Origin: the human T2T-CHM13v2.0 reference genome, Homo sapiens
Assembly: GCF_009914755.1 (NCBI RefSeq)
Contig: NC_060939.1
Reading direction: 5' to 3' (one strand)
DNA length: 64,000 bases
The notes below the pieces were generated by a model, which was not told the origin of the DNA, ran no database searches, and saw only the letters and a list, made by a program, of their open reading frames with translations. A program made the translations under genes and the position numbers. Below, piece by piece: positions 1 through 14,804 of this stretch. The first letter of the stretch is position 1; each line of letters begins with the position of its first letter.

Positions 1-269
1 AGGCAATAAAACACCAATGTCCCAGCTCATACAGTCAGGTAGGAGTTCCCTCCAACTCATGGGAGGGTGTGTTTTTTTATTCTAGTCAGACCTTTAACTG
101 ATTGGATAATCCCCACATACTTCAGAGATGACAATCTGCTTCTCTTCTGATTCTAATGATAACCTCATCCCAAAACAGCCTCACAGGCACATCCAGAATA
201 ATGTTTGAGCAGGTATCTGCACATCCTCCTGTGGCCCAGTCAAGTTAACACGTAAAATTAATCATCATA
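1..269 (-). mobile_element. MLT2-type (ERVL) LTR, partial
   Basis: Reverse complement resembles the MLT2 5' end TGTGATGGTTAATTTTATGTGTCAACTTGACTGGGCC. Confidence 0.75.
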
Positions 270-1928
270 ATTAGCATTACATATTTTATTATCTAATTTT
301 TACATAAATTTTGAACAATATATATCACATATATGCACATTATAAAACTTAAACCACTTCATGAAAATCCCATCAAAGCCAGAACTCCATTTTGGTAATG
401 CTTCTCTGCCGTGGCTCTTTCCCTTTCTGACACACAAGATACAAATGGGTGGTATTCATTCATGATTTCATAATTCTAACATAATTCTAAGAGGCCTTGA
501 CATCTCCATCATATGGCCTAAGGGTCAAAAAGCCTTCAAACAGCTAACCTTATATGGAATGCTCACTATAGGTCAGGAGATTTTAAAAATTATTTTGTGG
601 TATAAGTTCACCAATTTTTTAGCCAGGCTTTGAGCTAGCCACAATTAGTAGCACTATATGAAAGATGAGGAGGCTTGAAATGTAGAGAAATTTGTAAGGA
701 ACACATAGTTCCTATTATGGAAAGTTCTTCTTCCTGATGGAAAGACAGGAATCTGACTTCAAAGCCCGTGTTCCTATCTGCTATGCCTTACTGCCTCTAA
801 CTTCTAACTGGCCAGTGCTACTTCCTACTGTTTTTTTTCCCATTAGGAGATACATTAAATAAATTGGAAATATTTGGAATATAGCAAACAATTAGCTCAT
901 GTATTTATGGAACCTGCAGAGGTCTTTAGTTTTCTAGGGCACAGCACAAATGGCTTTCTCTTATCCAGCTTGTTTGGAAAATTCCAAGTCTAGCTGTGGA
1001 AATGAAAAACAGTTCTCAGTCCACCAAAATGATTTTGTTCCCAATCTGATGTAGCCTGTTGTGATTTATGCCTTTGAAAAGGTTGACCAACATGGTACAT
1101 AACTGCCATGCCAATTTCAGCTAAATTACCTCTGCCCTTTTTCAGTTTCCCTGTGAAACTCTAATTTGGCTTGTGAAATCAAGTTGTTTTAACAGTAATG
1201 CTTTTTCTCTTTTTAGAAGGTTTTTATACAATGGTAAAAATACGTTTATTTTTAGTTTTAAATATAGGTTATGGAGTGAGATATCATTCTTTTTAAAATC
1301 AGAAATGACTAAAATCTGAATCTTGAAATAACAGGGGGAAATATATCACCCCAGCAAAGCACTATGCAGAAAATAATGCACCAAAAGATTTAAAATGTAA
1401 GCTATCTATTTAACCTATCTGCCATTCAAAGGAAGGGGTGGCAAGATGGTGGAAAGAGGTCAAGTGAGCAGAAAATGAAGAACCAATCACAATATTGGAG
1501 GATCAGAAGAATTGGAAGGGGAGTGACATGATTTTAAGTGGGTTCCAATTGCCTTTGTGTGAATATTAAGAATGCCCTTATAATGATTGTAAAGATGCTT
1601 AATGATGTGGTCTCCTACTTAGATCTCTAGCTTCACCCCTGGTTAGACTCCTACACAAACCTTATGCCAGTCATACTGAATATTGTCTGAATCCTTAAAA
1701 ATTACCTTATGCTTTGCACCTCTGGAAATCCTCATGTTCTGTTTCCTCTTTCTGTGAAGATCTGGACAAACTGACTCACAACCTTATTTATTTTTATGAC
1801 ATATTTTAGCCTTTGGTCCAGATTGCTGGTCTGTAAGGACCTCACTGATTGGACCAGATTCTAAAGAGTTACTTATTTCATTTTCTGAAAGTTCATAGAA
1901 TCATATGCTTTCTTCTTTTTATTTTAGA

Positions 1929-1980
1929 GTCTCTCTCTTTCTCTCTCTCTCCATATATATATATATACACACACACACAT
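1929..1980. repeat. Compound (TC)n(TA)n(CA)n microsatellite
   Basis: Read directly from sequence. Confidence 0.9.
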
Positions 1981-2035
1981 AGTCTTCCAAAACTCCTCGG
2001 AAGAAAGGGAAGCATTCTGTAAGACTTTGGGCAGA

Positions 2036-2336
2036 TTTTTTTTTTTTTTTTTTTGGACAGAGTCTCACTTTGCTGCCCAGGCTGGAGGGCGGTGGCAGGA
2101 TGTCGGCTCACTGCAACCTCCACCTCTCAGGTTCAAGCAATTCTCCAGGATCAGCCTCCTGAGTAGCTAGGATTACAGGCCTGTGCCACCACACTCAGCT
2201 AATTTTTGTATTTTTAGTAGAGATGAGGTTTCGCCATGTTGGCCAGGCTGGTCTCAGACTACTCTTGACCTCAACTGATCCACCTGTCTTGGCCCCCCAA
2301 AGTGCTGGAATTACAGGTGTGAGCCACTGTGCCCTG
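2036..2336 (-). mobile_element. Alu (S-type)
   Basis: Poly-T followed by a dimeric Alu body; degenerate TSD gactttgggcagattt / gattttgggtacattt. Confidence 0.95.
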
Positions 2337-2640
2337 TGATTTTGGGTACATTTTTGTTGTTATTTTGTCTTACCCCATTTCTCTGTACAAAATGTGAAAC
2401 ACATGAGTCCTCTTAACTGGTGCATGTGTGTGGAGGGGAGCATTTTGTTGTTTAGTGCCAAAATGAGATAGATAGATGTTTAAAGAATGTGACATTTGTA
2501 AAATGTTCTCTGTAAAAAAAGAGCAGGTACTTACCAGCCCCGGAATAGAGGAAGACATCGTGCACTGCTGGCTGCTGTGGGGGAGACAAAACTAGCAGGG
2601 CACTGAGCAGAGAGCCTCAAAAACAAAAATGTGCATTATC

Positions 2641-2641
<1 letters not shown>

Positions 2642-2686
<45 letters not shown>

Positions 2687-2868
2687 TATGATTTTATATA
2701 TGAGATGTGTGCTTGGGGCGGTGTGGTTTGTCTGGTATGTGTGCATATGTGTGTAGTGTAATGTGTGGTAGGTGATGTGTGGTGTGGGTGTGATGAGTGT
2801 GAGTGGTGTGACTGTGGTGAATTATCTGTGGTGTATGTGTATATATGCATAGGTGGAGTATGTTATAT

Positions 2869-2918
<50 letters not shown>

Positions 2919-2932
2919 TACATGAGAGAGAG
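2642..2932. repeat. (GT)n, GT-rich low complexity, then (GT)n(GA)n
   Basis: Read directly from sequence. Confidence 0.95.
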
Positions 2933-3158
2933 AAAGGAAGAAACCTCTCAACTATGTTGTAAGCATTTAGTAAAATTACACATATAACAATATTCTTGGG
3001 GCAGTTGTCTCCTATGAAGGTCAGTGAAGGAGATGAGTTTTGCATAACGAAGATGTATAAGCCAGACCATGTGCAGCAGAGACAAAGCCAGCATGTGAAA
3101 TACTATTTTACCTTCATGACTACTACAGGCTCTGAAACATATTGGTGCTTAGAGACAT

Positions 3159-3162
<4 letters not shown>

Positions 3163-3195
<33 letters not shown>

Positions 3196-3225
3196 AGACA
3201 GAGTCTCGCTCTTTTGCCCAGGCTG
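3163..3225 (-). mobile_element. Extremely 5'-truncated Alu (31-bp body plus poly-A)
   Basis: TSD gagacattctt at 3152-3162 and 3226-3236. Confidence 0.9.
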
Positions 3226-3576
3226 GAGACATTCTTAAAAACATTAATGAATGATGAAAACATTTAAAATTGTGTCACAAACAAGAAGTCTTTTATTAAA
3301 TACTTGTTCATTATATTTATAGAAAGGAGAGATAAAGAAAATAGTTTCAAGATTATACGTTTGACAAATGTTTATCTGAAAATTACTAAAGTCATTTTTG
3401 CTGATATAAAATTAGTCCTTTCAGTAAATCAAACTATTTAATTTACGGATGTTCTCTAGGTGTTACTGTATAGTAATGATATTCTGCAGGCAATTATGTA
3501 GTAAAAGATTCCAAGCATGTTTGTGATATGTTTAATTCCTGACCCTTGGCTTTATTTAGTTAATATTCTTTTGTTC

Positions 3577-3720
3577 TTTCATTCATTTAATTTAATTCAT
3601 TCATTCATGCAAAAGCTACTTATTGAGAGATTTCTACATGCTAAGCATTATTTTAGGTGTTAAGGGACATGATAGTGAACAAAACCAGCAAAACTCTCTG
3701 CCCTTATGGATTTCACATTC
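3577..3720 (-). mobile_element. L2 3' end fragment
   Basis: (ttca)n followed by ttattgag...ctacatgctaagcatt, typical of the L2 3' terminus. Confidence 0.65.
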
Positions 3721-5324
3721 ATGTGGCTGCAAATGCAAGAGATCAATACAGGCAAGTGTTAACACAAATTGGAAAAATCAAAAAAGAAGAGGGTGGTGAC
3801 TAAAGGAACCAAAAGATTGAAGTACAACTTGGTCTGAGAAAATTTCTGGAACGAACTAAGAGAAAATTAATCAATATTCTCTCTCTGTTTTTTTTCTCCT
3901 TCTATCCTCTAAGAGTTTTATCTATTTTTTCTATACTTTCTTTCTGAAGGCTGGACTTTGTGCCCTGTAGATAACCACTAACATGATCCAGTCACATCCA
4001 AAAACATTTTAATCTAATTTTTGCTTCAAACTCCAAGAATAAGTTTTCTGATTATACTAGGTTGGTCAACTTTTGTCTCAACTGTGACAGATTGGGGGCA
4101 TAATTAAATGGACTAAATGGTTGCCACCAATATAATCTTATGAATGAGTGAAAATCTAAAAACAGTAATAAAACTGTAGAGAACTCTGAGATCTCTTTTT
4201 GACACTCAGGGTGTCCTTATGGCTTTATGTCTATTCTGGTTCCCTCTATGTCTGGTAAAAAGTATTTCCCTTTGGGATTCTAACTCCTGTATGTCTATGT
4301 GTGGATACTTACATATTTTTACAATTTAAAGCAATATAGTTGGTTCTTTAGTTTTGGTTGGTAAACGGGTTTGTAAGATTTAAAGCAATAAAGAAGATAA
4401 CAGAGAAAAAGATGAGCTGGTTTAATTACTCATATATAAACTATTTCAAATATCTTTACATATTCAATATAATATCAAGAAAAAAGGTAAGAGATCTATG
4501 TTCATATGAATTGAGGAATATCACCTAGCCATTTTGAGCTTTCATTTTTAATACCTATGAAACTTTCATTATGAATACATATTTATGTGACACATTCTAT
4601 CTGATGTTGTCCAGGTCCTGAGGGGGAAACATATTTTCTTGCTTTCTTGGCAGGGTTTTTGCAAGGATCAGAAAAAAAGAAGCAATATAAAATGACAAAA
4701 GTAATGCATAAAGGGCCTAAAAATGGAAGTGATCACTATTAAAGAAGGTCATGCTGTTAAGAGAGCGATGCAAATGTGGTGTAGCCACTCTACATATGGC
4801 TAAGTTTGCAACATATTTGTCAGGCTTTCTGGGAGTTTACTCAGAGGTGTCTGGGTCATTACCAGCTAGCCATCTGGTGGAACCTAAAGGAATCAGAAGA
4901 TGAAATCCATTTTTCCTGCTGCATTTATTTGAGCAAGGTGATTTTATCATGCATATCCTGTACCATGCTTTGTATTTACAAGGCTTGCTGGCCATGACTG
5001 CAGTGCAGTGTCCCCAGGACACCATCAACACTTCCCTAGGGAAAACCTGAGCAACAGCTCAAGCTTTGAGAGTTTGCTCACCCGTGGAAAGCGGTTGCAG
5101 AAGCCCAGTAGGCATCCACTGCTAATTTGAGGCTGTTGCATTTGTATTCTCCTTCTCACACACTGAGTTCATTCTTCTTATAAATAAGAGTATTTGCTCT
5201 AACTTTGTAGTTCTTCTTCTCCAAAAACAACATCTGGACATTCTTTCCTGAAAAATACACAGCATACCTCTCCTGAGAATATTTTTCATCTAAAAATGTA
5301 ATGTTTTAAATCAGGTAAAATTAA

Positions 5325-6502
<1,178 letters not shown>

Positions 6503-6897
6503 AAAGAGTAGGATTGAATATCATAGTTTGATCTCCCAGACTGGGAAGCACATGGTGTTGCTTTAAACTCGGACGCCAGAGCTGAATTTTTCCAACAAAT
6601 AACAAATAGCAACTAGAATGTAAGCAAATGAAGCATACAAATTAAATGGAAATGCTCTTCTTTTTAGTCAACTCTGTCTCTGTTTTGCCTTAGAACCCAA
6701 CTGCCATATATCATACTGACTGACCACTGCTTATTTCTTTAAACTGAAGCCAAAGGTCACATCTTATAGGAATCTTTCCATGATTCCCTCCCTTTATATT
6801 TCCGTTCTTCATCTGATGATTTTTCATACCTAGCATAGTTCTTGGCATATGGTAGGCAATTTTGATATGTTAAATGAATGAATTGGGCTTACAACAC

Positions 6898-7663
6898 TGT
6901 GGTAGACAGAATAATGCCTCCTCAGTATGTCTATATCCTAATCTCCAGAATCTGTAAACATGCTAGTTTGCATGGCAAGGGGGAAATAATAATGCAGGTG
7001 GAATTAAGGTTTCTCTTCAGATGACCCTGAAATGGCCATATTGTCTCTGATTATGTATGAACCCAATGTAATCTCAAGGGTTTTATAAGTAAAAGAAAGA
7101 CATAAGAGAGTGTGATGATGCAGCATGCAAAAGGCCCTACTGGCTGTTACTGGCTTAGAAAATGGAAGAGGGGCAGGAGCCAAGGAATGAGGGCACCTTC
7201 TAGGAGCTGCAAAAGACAAGGAAACATTTTGTTTGTTTTGCAAAAGCAATGCTGCCCTTCTAACATCTTGATTTTAGCCCAGTGAGATCTGTTTCAGGCT
7301 TCTGCTCTCTAGAATTGTTGAGATAATTAATTATTTTTTTGAGACAGTCTCACTGTGTCACCAGGCTGGAGTACAGTGGCCCGTGATCTCATCTCACTGC
7401 AACCTCTACCTCCCAGGTTCAACTGATTCTCCTGCCTCAGTCTCCCAAATAGCTGGGCCTACAGGCTAATTTTTGTATTTTTACTAGAGACAGGGTTTCA
7501 CCATGTTGGCCAGGATGGTCTTGATCTCCTGACCTCATAATCCGCCCGCCTCAGTCTCCCAAAGTGCTGGAATTACAGGCGTGAGCCACCGCTCCTGGCC
7601 CAATTTGTGTTGTTATACCCAAATTTGTGGTAATTTGCTACAGCAGCAATAGAAAACCAGTAT
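6898..7663 (+). mobile_element. MLT1 (D/E-like) MaLR LTR interrupted by an Alu
   Basis: Starts tgtggtagacagaataatg, ends aatttgctacagcagcaatagaaaac. Confidence 0.8.
7331..7600 (-). mobile_element. Alu (S-type) with a small internal deletion
   Basis: Alu body; tacaggc is joined directly to taattttt. Confidence 0.93.
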
Positions 7664-7814
7664 AGATACCGTAATATAGGCTTTTTTGTTTGTTTCCTCC
7701 TTTTCTGCTGGTGCCAATGGTGAAGTCATGGGCAGGATCTCTCAATGTCAGAAGAAGTATAACCATAATATTTCCTGATTGAATGTACTTCTTGGAAGTT
7801 TAGTAATGAAAATT

Positions 7815-7960
7815 CATTGAGTTTAGAGATTGCATGGCTCTGATTCCTAGCCCAACACATTTGTGACCTTGGGCAAATCACAAAACTGTACTGAATGTTT
7901 TTATCTGTTTAATGGAGACCATAACATACACTTTGCAGGGGCACCATGAACACTAAATGA
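7815..7960 (+). mobile_element. MIR fragment
   Basis: Core motif tgtgaccttgggcaaatcac. Confidence 0.6.
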
Positions 7961-8259
7961 TCTGCTAAAGGCCATCGTACACAGTCAAAGTGAAATAAAT
8001 GCACTATGGCAGAGATAATCATTTTGCATGCTGATGAAGAATGTAATAAGGCATAAGCACCAAATGTGTGTTGAGAACTGTGATGGTATTTCTTGGGGGT
8101 GTTAGAGCTGACATTGGCCTTGTATGAAGGGAAAGGTTCACACATGTGGACACAGCACAGAAAGGGCACTCCAGGCTGTTCAAGTTGTGTTCAGGATAAG
8201 ACATTAGGAGCAGCCCAGAGCAGCTGCTGGTGACACCACTTAGTGGCCACAAGGGTGAT

Positions 8260-8455
8260 GCTGGAGCCAGAAGGCTTTGGATTGCCTGGTTCCACAACTT
8301 CCAGAGGTTGGCAGTTTAGGGTCATTATTCAAACCCTTTGTGCCTCTGATTACTGAAATGTAAAAAAAACAGGAAGCTCTGGCAATTTAATGTGTCAGTA
8401 CATCTAAAGCACAAGAGCAGAGCACTTACACAAGTCCAGTAAAAATTAGCTAATG
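8260..8455 (+). mobile_element. MIR fragment
   Basis: Degenerate core ctggagccaga...tgtgcctctgatt...tgtaaaa. Confidence 0.5.
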
Positions 8456-8859
8456 TTGGTGTTATTTACTGCACGTGGAGAAGTGAGTATGGGGAAGATG
8501 TTCTGGAATATTTTCAGCCTGGATCGCTTGAGCAGCAGCCTCTTCAAACCCACGGAAAATGTCTTGTATGGAGCAATTTCATGCACTCTTACAGGAGTGG
8601 GCAAGAGAGTTCAACTAGAGTTGAAGTTCAATGAGGATAGAAATTAGATTTTGCTGTTGTAATTCACCTATTTATCCTCAGCACTCAATGTCTTGCCAAT
8701 AGAGGTACTCTAAATATTTCCTGATTGAATGTACTTGTCTAAAGTTTAGACTATAGCCTAAAGTAGCTTATCAGTCCTATTTTTTGCATAAACTAGGGTG
8801 TAATCTGTATGAATGAAACACTTGAAGCCCATTACATCAAGCCAGCTAGACCATAATTT

Positions 8860-9025
8860 AAATCATCCAGGGATAGGAGTCTATATTTCTCCTCTGCTTG
8901 CTTGTATGACATCGGGTAAGTCATTCAAACTCACTTGGTCTCAGGTTCTACCTTTATGAAATGATAAATCTGTGGGTTTTGTTCTATTCTAGTCTGTTAC
9001 TTTACATGGTTTTTGTAAAATAACA
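8860..9025 (+). mobile_element. MIR fragment
   Basis: tgtatgacatcgggtaagtcattcaaactcacttggtctcaggttc. Confidence 0.6.
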
Positions 9026-9122
9026 ATAATACCATAATTATGTAAATCCCAGTCCAGATTCTATCTTTCTATTTTACAATCTATATAACTTACATACCAT
9101 ATTTTCTAGGAGTGTAACTAAA

Positions 9123-9632
9123 TGTTACTGAAACATCAAGAGTTCAGTCTAGGTCCTGTTGCTTGCTTCACAGAAAGCCAGTCACTGAAACAATGAGTAT
9201 TGCCAGGGAAAGGGGCTTTATTTGGATGCTGCAGCCAAGGAGAATGGGACATCACTCAAAAATCCATCTTCTCAATGGACTAAAATTAGAGGTAGAAAAA
9301 TAAGGGAAGAAATGTAACTAAGTATGGAAAAATAGGAATTAGGAGAGGATTAAGAAGAGAAGGTGGTCAACAGGCAGCAGCAGGTTACTTAGGCAACCAT
9401 AATTGGCAAGGGGTCTGGGTCTGGCATCTCATTGTCCAGGTGCAGTTATCTGGTGAGTTGCAGTTCCTTGAAACTATCTTGGAGGGCTGATAGTTGGTTT
9501 CCTGAGAAAGGAACTCAGATAAGAAAAGTGTAAGTTTCTTCAGTTTTAATACTGGGAGGGTCAACTTTTTATTTTTATTTTTTCAAAAGAAACCATAAAC
9601 ATCAGTTCTATAGGACAATTGGGCCAGTTTCA
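9123..9632 (-). mobile_element. Solo ERV1-class LTR (510 bp)
   Basis: TG...CA ends; 4-bp TSD TAAA at 9119-9122 and 9633-9636; AATAAA on the minus strand near 9217. Family name not certain. Confidence 0.8.
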
Positions 9633-12174
9633 TAAACATTATAACATATAAGCAAAGTGTATGAGATAGGTACTGGTCCATGATCAATGTTCAATGAGCC
9701 CCTTCCTTATTTCTCAGCCTTAGTAATATTTAAGTGCTTTTCTTCCATAAGTTACCAGGCATAAGGTGTTATCTACAGTCCTCGCAGAAGAGTAAGATGT
9801 CTCGTCGAATCTATCCCCTGGTTTATGTCTCCCACACTATTCTTATTTAAATGGAATTATCCTGTTTATCACATAGGCATTTTACAGATAGACTCTGTAA
9901 TATTAGTGCCATGCAGAGCATTATAGCCATGCTAAAATATCATTTTTCCTGGGAAATAATATCAGTATCAAGGTGTATGGCAAGAAAATATAAATCTTTC
10001 AACGGGCTAAGAATTAAAAAAAGAGTAATGATTCTGTACAATTATAGTATAAGAAAAATGAGGGTGGATATTTAGGTAGTGTTGATTAGAAAGTAGAAAA
10101 CAATCATTTGCTGCAGTGACTGATTTATGGTTTCCTCTCAGTGCACATGTTGAGGTTATTTCCTCCAGAAGGAAGCTGTAGACAAATTCATAATTTATAA
10201 TATTTAGAAATACACTTGTGATAATGTGGCTAGTGTTAACAGGAGAACAGGAGAACAGCTATTCCAAGGCTTACGCTACTGTTTTTAGGATGTTGATGGT
10301 ACTATTTCTATGACCATTAATAATTTTAATGCTTGTCAATAAATCTTCTTTTCATACTAATAGCTGCATGAAGCACCATAGGCATAGTAAAAAGAATTAG
10401 GGAAGCTGGATTTGAGACAAGCTTCTTTACGCTCTGGCAATGGAATTCTTTCCCCTAATTCCACAAACTTCACTTACCATATCGATAAAATGTGTAAAAC
10501 ATAGTGCGATATGTTAAAGCACTGTAAAAATGATAAAGTAACATAGCATAACCATTGATTTGTGAATGTTAGTTGAGGAATACTACAGTATAGTCCTTGT
10601 CAAATCTATGAAAATTATATGTGTATGTGTTATGATATCCAAAGGGTAAGATCTTTTTAAATATTAACCACAGATACGAATTTCAGTGGTTGGTTGGCTA
10701 TTTTTTTTTATGTAATTTTCCCAGTTACTTCACCCAACATTCTCTGCTCTCTAGTATAATGACTCCCAGATATTCATTTGGGCCCAACACAAAATTAGCT
10801 TTTTTGTATTTCCTGTGCAAAATTTTCTAAACCGTTTTATTTTTAAAAGATTAAAAATAAGTCTATTAAGAAAATTGAAGTTATCAAATTAGATTAATAA
10901 ACAGATATAAACTTGAAACATCCTCTACCACATAATCTGCACATGGCTGTAGAAAGCATAATTTTTGTGGAGCCTCACAACATCGCAAGTAAGTAATTTT
11001 TTCATCCCAATTGGTTATTTAGATTTGTTTTCCTATCTAGAAAGTCTGGGTTCTAGGCCTTTGTCCTAAAAACTTTACACAACTTTAAAACTGAATATCT
11101 TTAGTCTTAATGAAACCTGAATGACTGTGTAAATGAATTCCTATGTATTTCTACAATTTCATTAAGAGTATGATATATGAAAGTATCACTGAAGCATGAA
11201 TTTCCTGATCATGACAATTACTGCCACAATCTTATATTCACACACTCTGTGGTGACCCATTTCTGGGTTGGAAATCCAGAACAGAGTATGAATCATATAA
11301 ATACACATGATTTCAAGATTAAGGAGGTTTTATCCCGACTTCCTTGGGGTGGGAAGCATCAAGGAGGAGTTAATCTTACTGTGCATCAGCCTCTAACCAT
11401 ATTCATGAAAGTGAAAATTTGATTGTCCTAATTACAAATGAGGTTGTCATGGTTGTTATTTTTCTGATTTATTGCCTGTCAATGACAGACACCAACAATA
11501 GACCTTGAATTCTTGAAATATAACACAGATAGCCCCTCTTACCTTTTAAATGGAAAATACTTTATTTTTCTTCCCTAGAAAAGGGTATGCTGTTTAGGAT
11601 TGTGCCTGTGTGCATGTGTGAGTGTGCATATCCAAACATGCTTGTTCACATGTTGATTGTGGGAAGTGGTTGACATGTATCAACTAATTTAAAATTCACA
11701 ACAATGGGAAGGATTGTATTTCCTATCAGTTCATTGTAAATTACAGCTAATAAATGAGATAAATTGAATCAATACACATAGCTATCTGATTCAAACTACT
11801 GCATGTATGTCTCTGTGTGCTTGTGCATGAGGGATACATGTATTTGCATGTATACTTACAAAAATTGTTGCAGCATATTGCTAATCCGGATCTTGTCAGG
11901 AGTCCAGCTACAGTACTATGCATAATTTTCCTCTGTCAGTTTGTATCACTGGCCAAAATCTAACAGATGTTTCTAAGAGTAAAGGCACTGGGAATTAACA
12001 CTGTTGTCATTGATGAAGTACAAGTGCTCACACAGCCATCTTTATTTCATGCCTGTGAGGTTGATTAGCCACATTTCTAGTTTGGGAGTCAGGTATGCCT
12101 ATTCTTATACCTTTTAGATTAATAAAACACCATTTTGAAGTTTTGGGTTGACAATAAAAAAATGTACCTCAACT

Positions 12175-14790
12175 TAAAACTGATATCCAATGTCCTTGCA
12201 CAATTTTTTGCAAACATTATCCTTTCCACAGCAAATATCTTAACTTTGTTTTGAAAATTAATTTATCATAAATGGAAAAGTTTATTTCTGGATTGATATT
12301 CAATTTTTTCTATTGATCCAGATACTTATAGTTATACCAATACCATACCCTACTGATTACTGTAACTTTATAGTGAGTTTTAAAATCAAGTAATGTAAGT
12401 CCTCTAGCATTACTTTTTTTCCCGAGTTTTTCTGGCTACTTAAAGGCCTTTACATCTTCAGGTAAATTTTAGGTGAGTTTATGAAATTTAACAACAAAAA
12501 AATTCTGCTTGGATTTTGACATTGAATTGAATCTATAGATCAATTTTGGGGTGAATTGCCGTCTTTATAATATTGAGTCTTCCAATCAATGAAAATGGAA
12601 TGGCCTTCATTTATTTGGAACAATTATCTCACCAATACTTTGTAGTTTTAGTTGAATATGTCTTGAAGTTATTTTATTAAATGTATTCCTAAGTATTCTA
12701 TATTATGTTATTATAAAATAAATTATTTTCATAATTTCATATTTAATTATTTGTTGTTAGTACATAAAAATACAATTTATTGATCTTACATCTTACAACC
12801 TTGCTAAACTTCTTTATTAGTTCTAGTAGTTTTTAATGCAGATTTGTTAGGATATTCTACAAAATGATGTCCTCAGGGAATAAAAACAGTTTTACATCTT
12901 CCTTTCTTGGTAGAATGACATTAATGTTTGCTCTGATGGATGTATTGATTGTTTCATTAATAGATTTGCCTTATAATAATGGCAAGAACACCTGTACAAT
13001 ACTGAGTATCTTTCTATGTATTTGTGTTTTATTGTGGATTTATTAGATTATTTAGAAATGTGCTATTTAATACCTAAGAATTTGGATATTTCCCGTCTCT
13101 CTTGATTTCTAGTTTAATTACACTATGTACATAAATAATATATTACATTAATTTGAATCACTCAAATTTGTTAAAGTTTCCTTTACAATATGTCTGTTTT
13201 GGTGAATGTTCCCCATATACTTGAAAAAAATATGCCATTCATGTGTTTGAGTAGAATGTTCTATAAACATCCATTAGATCCAATTGCTTGATAATGTTGT
13301 TCTAAATTCTTGCGGTTTTCTATCCATTTATCATTTACAGATAAATGTTGAAGTTCTCTATTGTGAATCTGTATGTTTCTTCTTTCTCTTCTGTCAGATT
13401 TTTCCATTTATAAAACACTTCGTTAGACATATCCCCATTTGAGATTGTTGTGTCTTTTAGGTGAATTGATCATTTTATCTTTATATACTATCTCTTTTTG
13501 TTTTGTTAGTTTTCTTTGTTCTAACCTCTGTTTTGTCTCCAGCTTACTACTGATTTGTTTTTGCATGGTATAACTTTTTTCCATGTTTCTAACTGTAGCC
13601 TATCTATATCATTGTTCTTAAAGTGGGTTTACTTTAGATGGCGTTGGTTTATTACCTTTTAATACATTATCCAAATCTAGTCTCTTTCATTAGTGTTTTA
13701 AGACCACTTACATTTAATGTAATGAATGATATATTTGGATTTCAGTCTATTTTTTCTTATTTACCTTCTGTTAGTTCCCTCTGCTTTTTATCTCTCTTTT
13801 TTCCCTTCCTTTTTCTGCCTTCTGTTTGGGTTATTTAAACATGTGTACAAAGCATTTCACTATAATTTATCTAGTTTCAAGATTATTTATTCATTTATTT
13901 ACACTAGTCTTTTCACACTAATTTGTTGTCCTGGGGATTAAAATTTACAAACTAAACTTTTATAGTCTTCTTAGAATTAACACACTCCAATTTCAATTGA
14001 ATATAGAAAGCACTTATTTGTACTTCCAAATGTATTCTGTAATCAATTTGTCTATACATTGTTTTACTTTTTTTCCATAAAAATGCATGGTATTTTAATT
14101 GAAATTCTAACAATTTTAAATTAATTTAGGAAAAATTACATTTAATATGTTGAGTTTTTCTTGATATGTGTTGACATTTGTTCAAGACCACCTTTTTTTC
14201 AGGAATATTTTTAAGATTTTTGGTTGTTAAAGCTGTTTCTTGTTAAATTTATATGTGGTTCTTTTATTTATCTCTATTCTATCTTAAGTGGGTCATTTTC
14301 TTTCCTTATGTATTTATTTTTTGAATGTGCATAAAAAGATACTGATCTTTTGAATATTATTTACATCTCTAGTGAATTTACTAGATTCCCTTATTTTTTC
14401 CCATAAATCTGCCAATTTTGTTGAGTTTTATTGGCACATTTATGTGCATGTTTATACCATTTACATCAAAGGTGACATTACTTCTTCCTTTCCAATTTTT
14501 ATACTCCATTTCTGGTGCCTAATCACATTGGCTAACTTCTCTACAATGGCGTTGAATTGTCATAGAGATGGTGGCCTTCCTTGTCTAGTTCCAGACAAAG
14601 GAAAATAACAGAAAAAGTAATAAAGAAGCTGCTGGTGTGTTACAATTAAATCAGAACTCTTGTTTGCTGGAGGGTTACATCTCTATCTAATCTACATCTA
14701 CGTCTACATCTACTGTGTCAAGGAAGTATTTAAGTGCTTTTTACAGGAATTGTCTGTTTAAGGCTTTTTCAGATTTTCTTAAGATGGTTA
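12175..14790 (-). mobile_element. Ancient L1M (ME/MC-type) fragments
   Basis: Degenerate ORF2 motifs such as attgaatctatagatcaattttgggg and ttgctaaacttctttattagttctag. Confidence 0.65.
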
Positions 14791-14804
14791 TATGATTTAT
14801 TTCA

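Noticed and set aside
2617-2962. His/Thr-rich ORFs here and at 63144-63642, and a link between the two tracts
   Set aside because: They are translations of GT/CA simple repeats, and the similarity is only compositional.
4755-5232. Possible additional LTR (TG...CA ends, AAATAA)
   Set aside because: I could not recognise a family or a convincing TSD.
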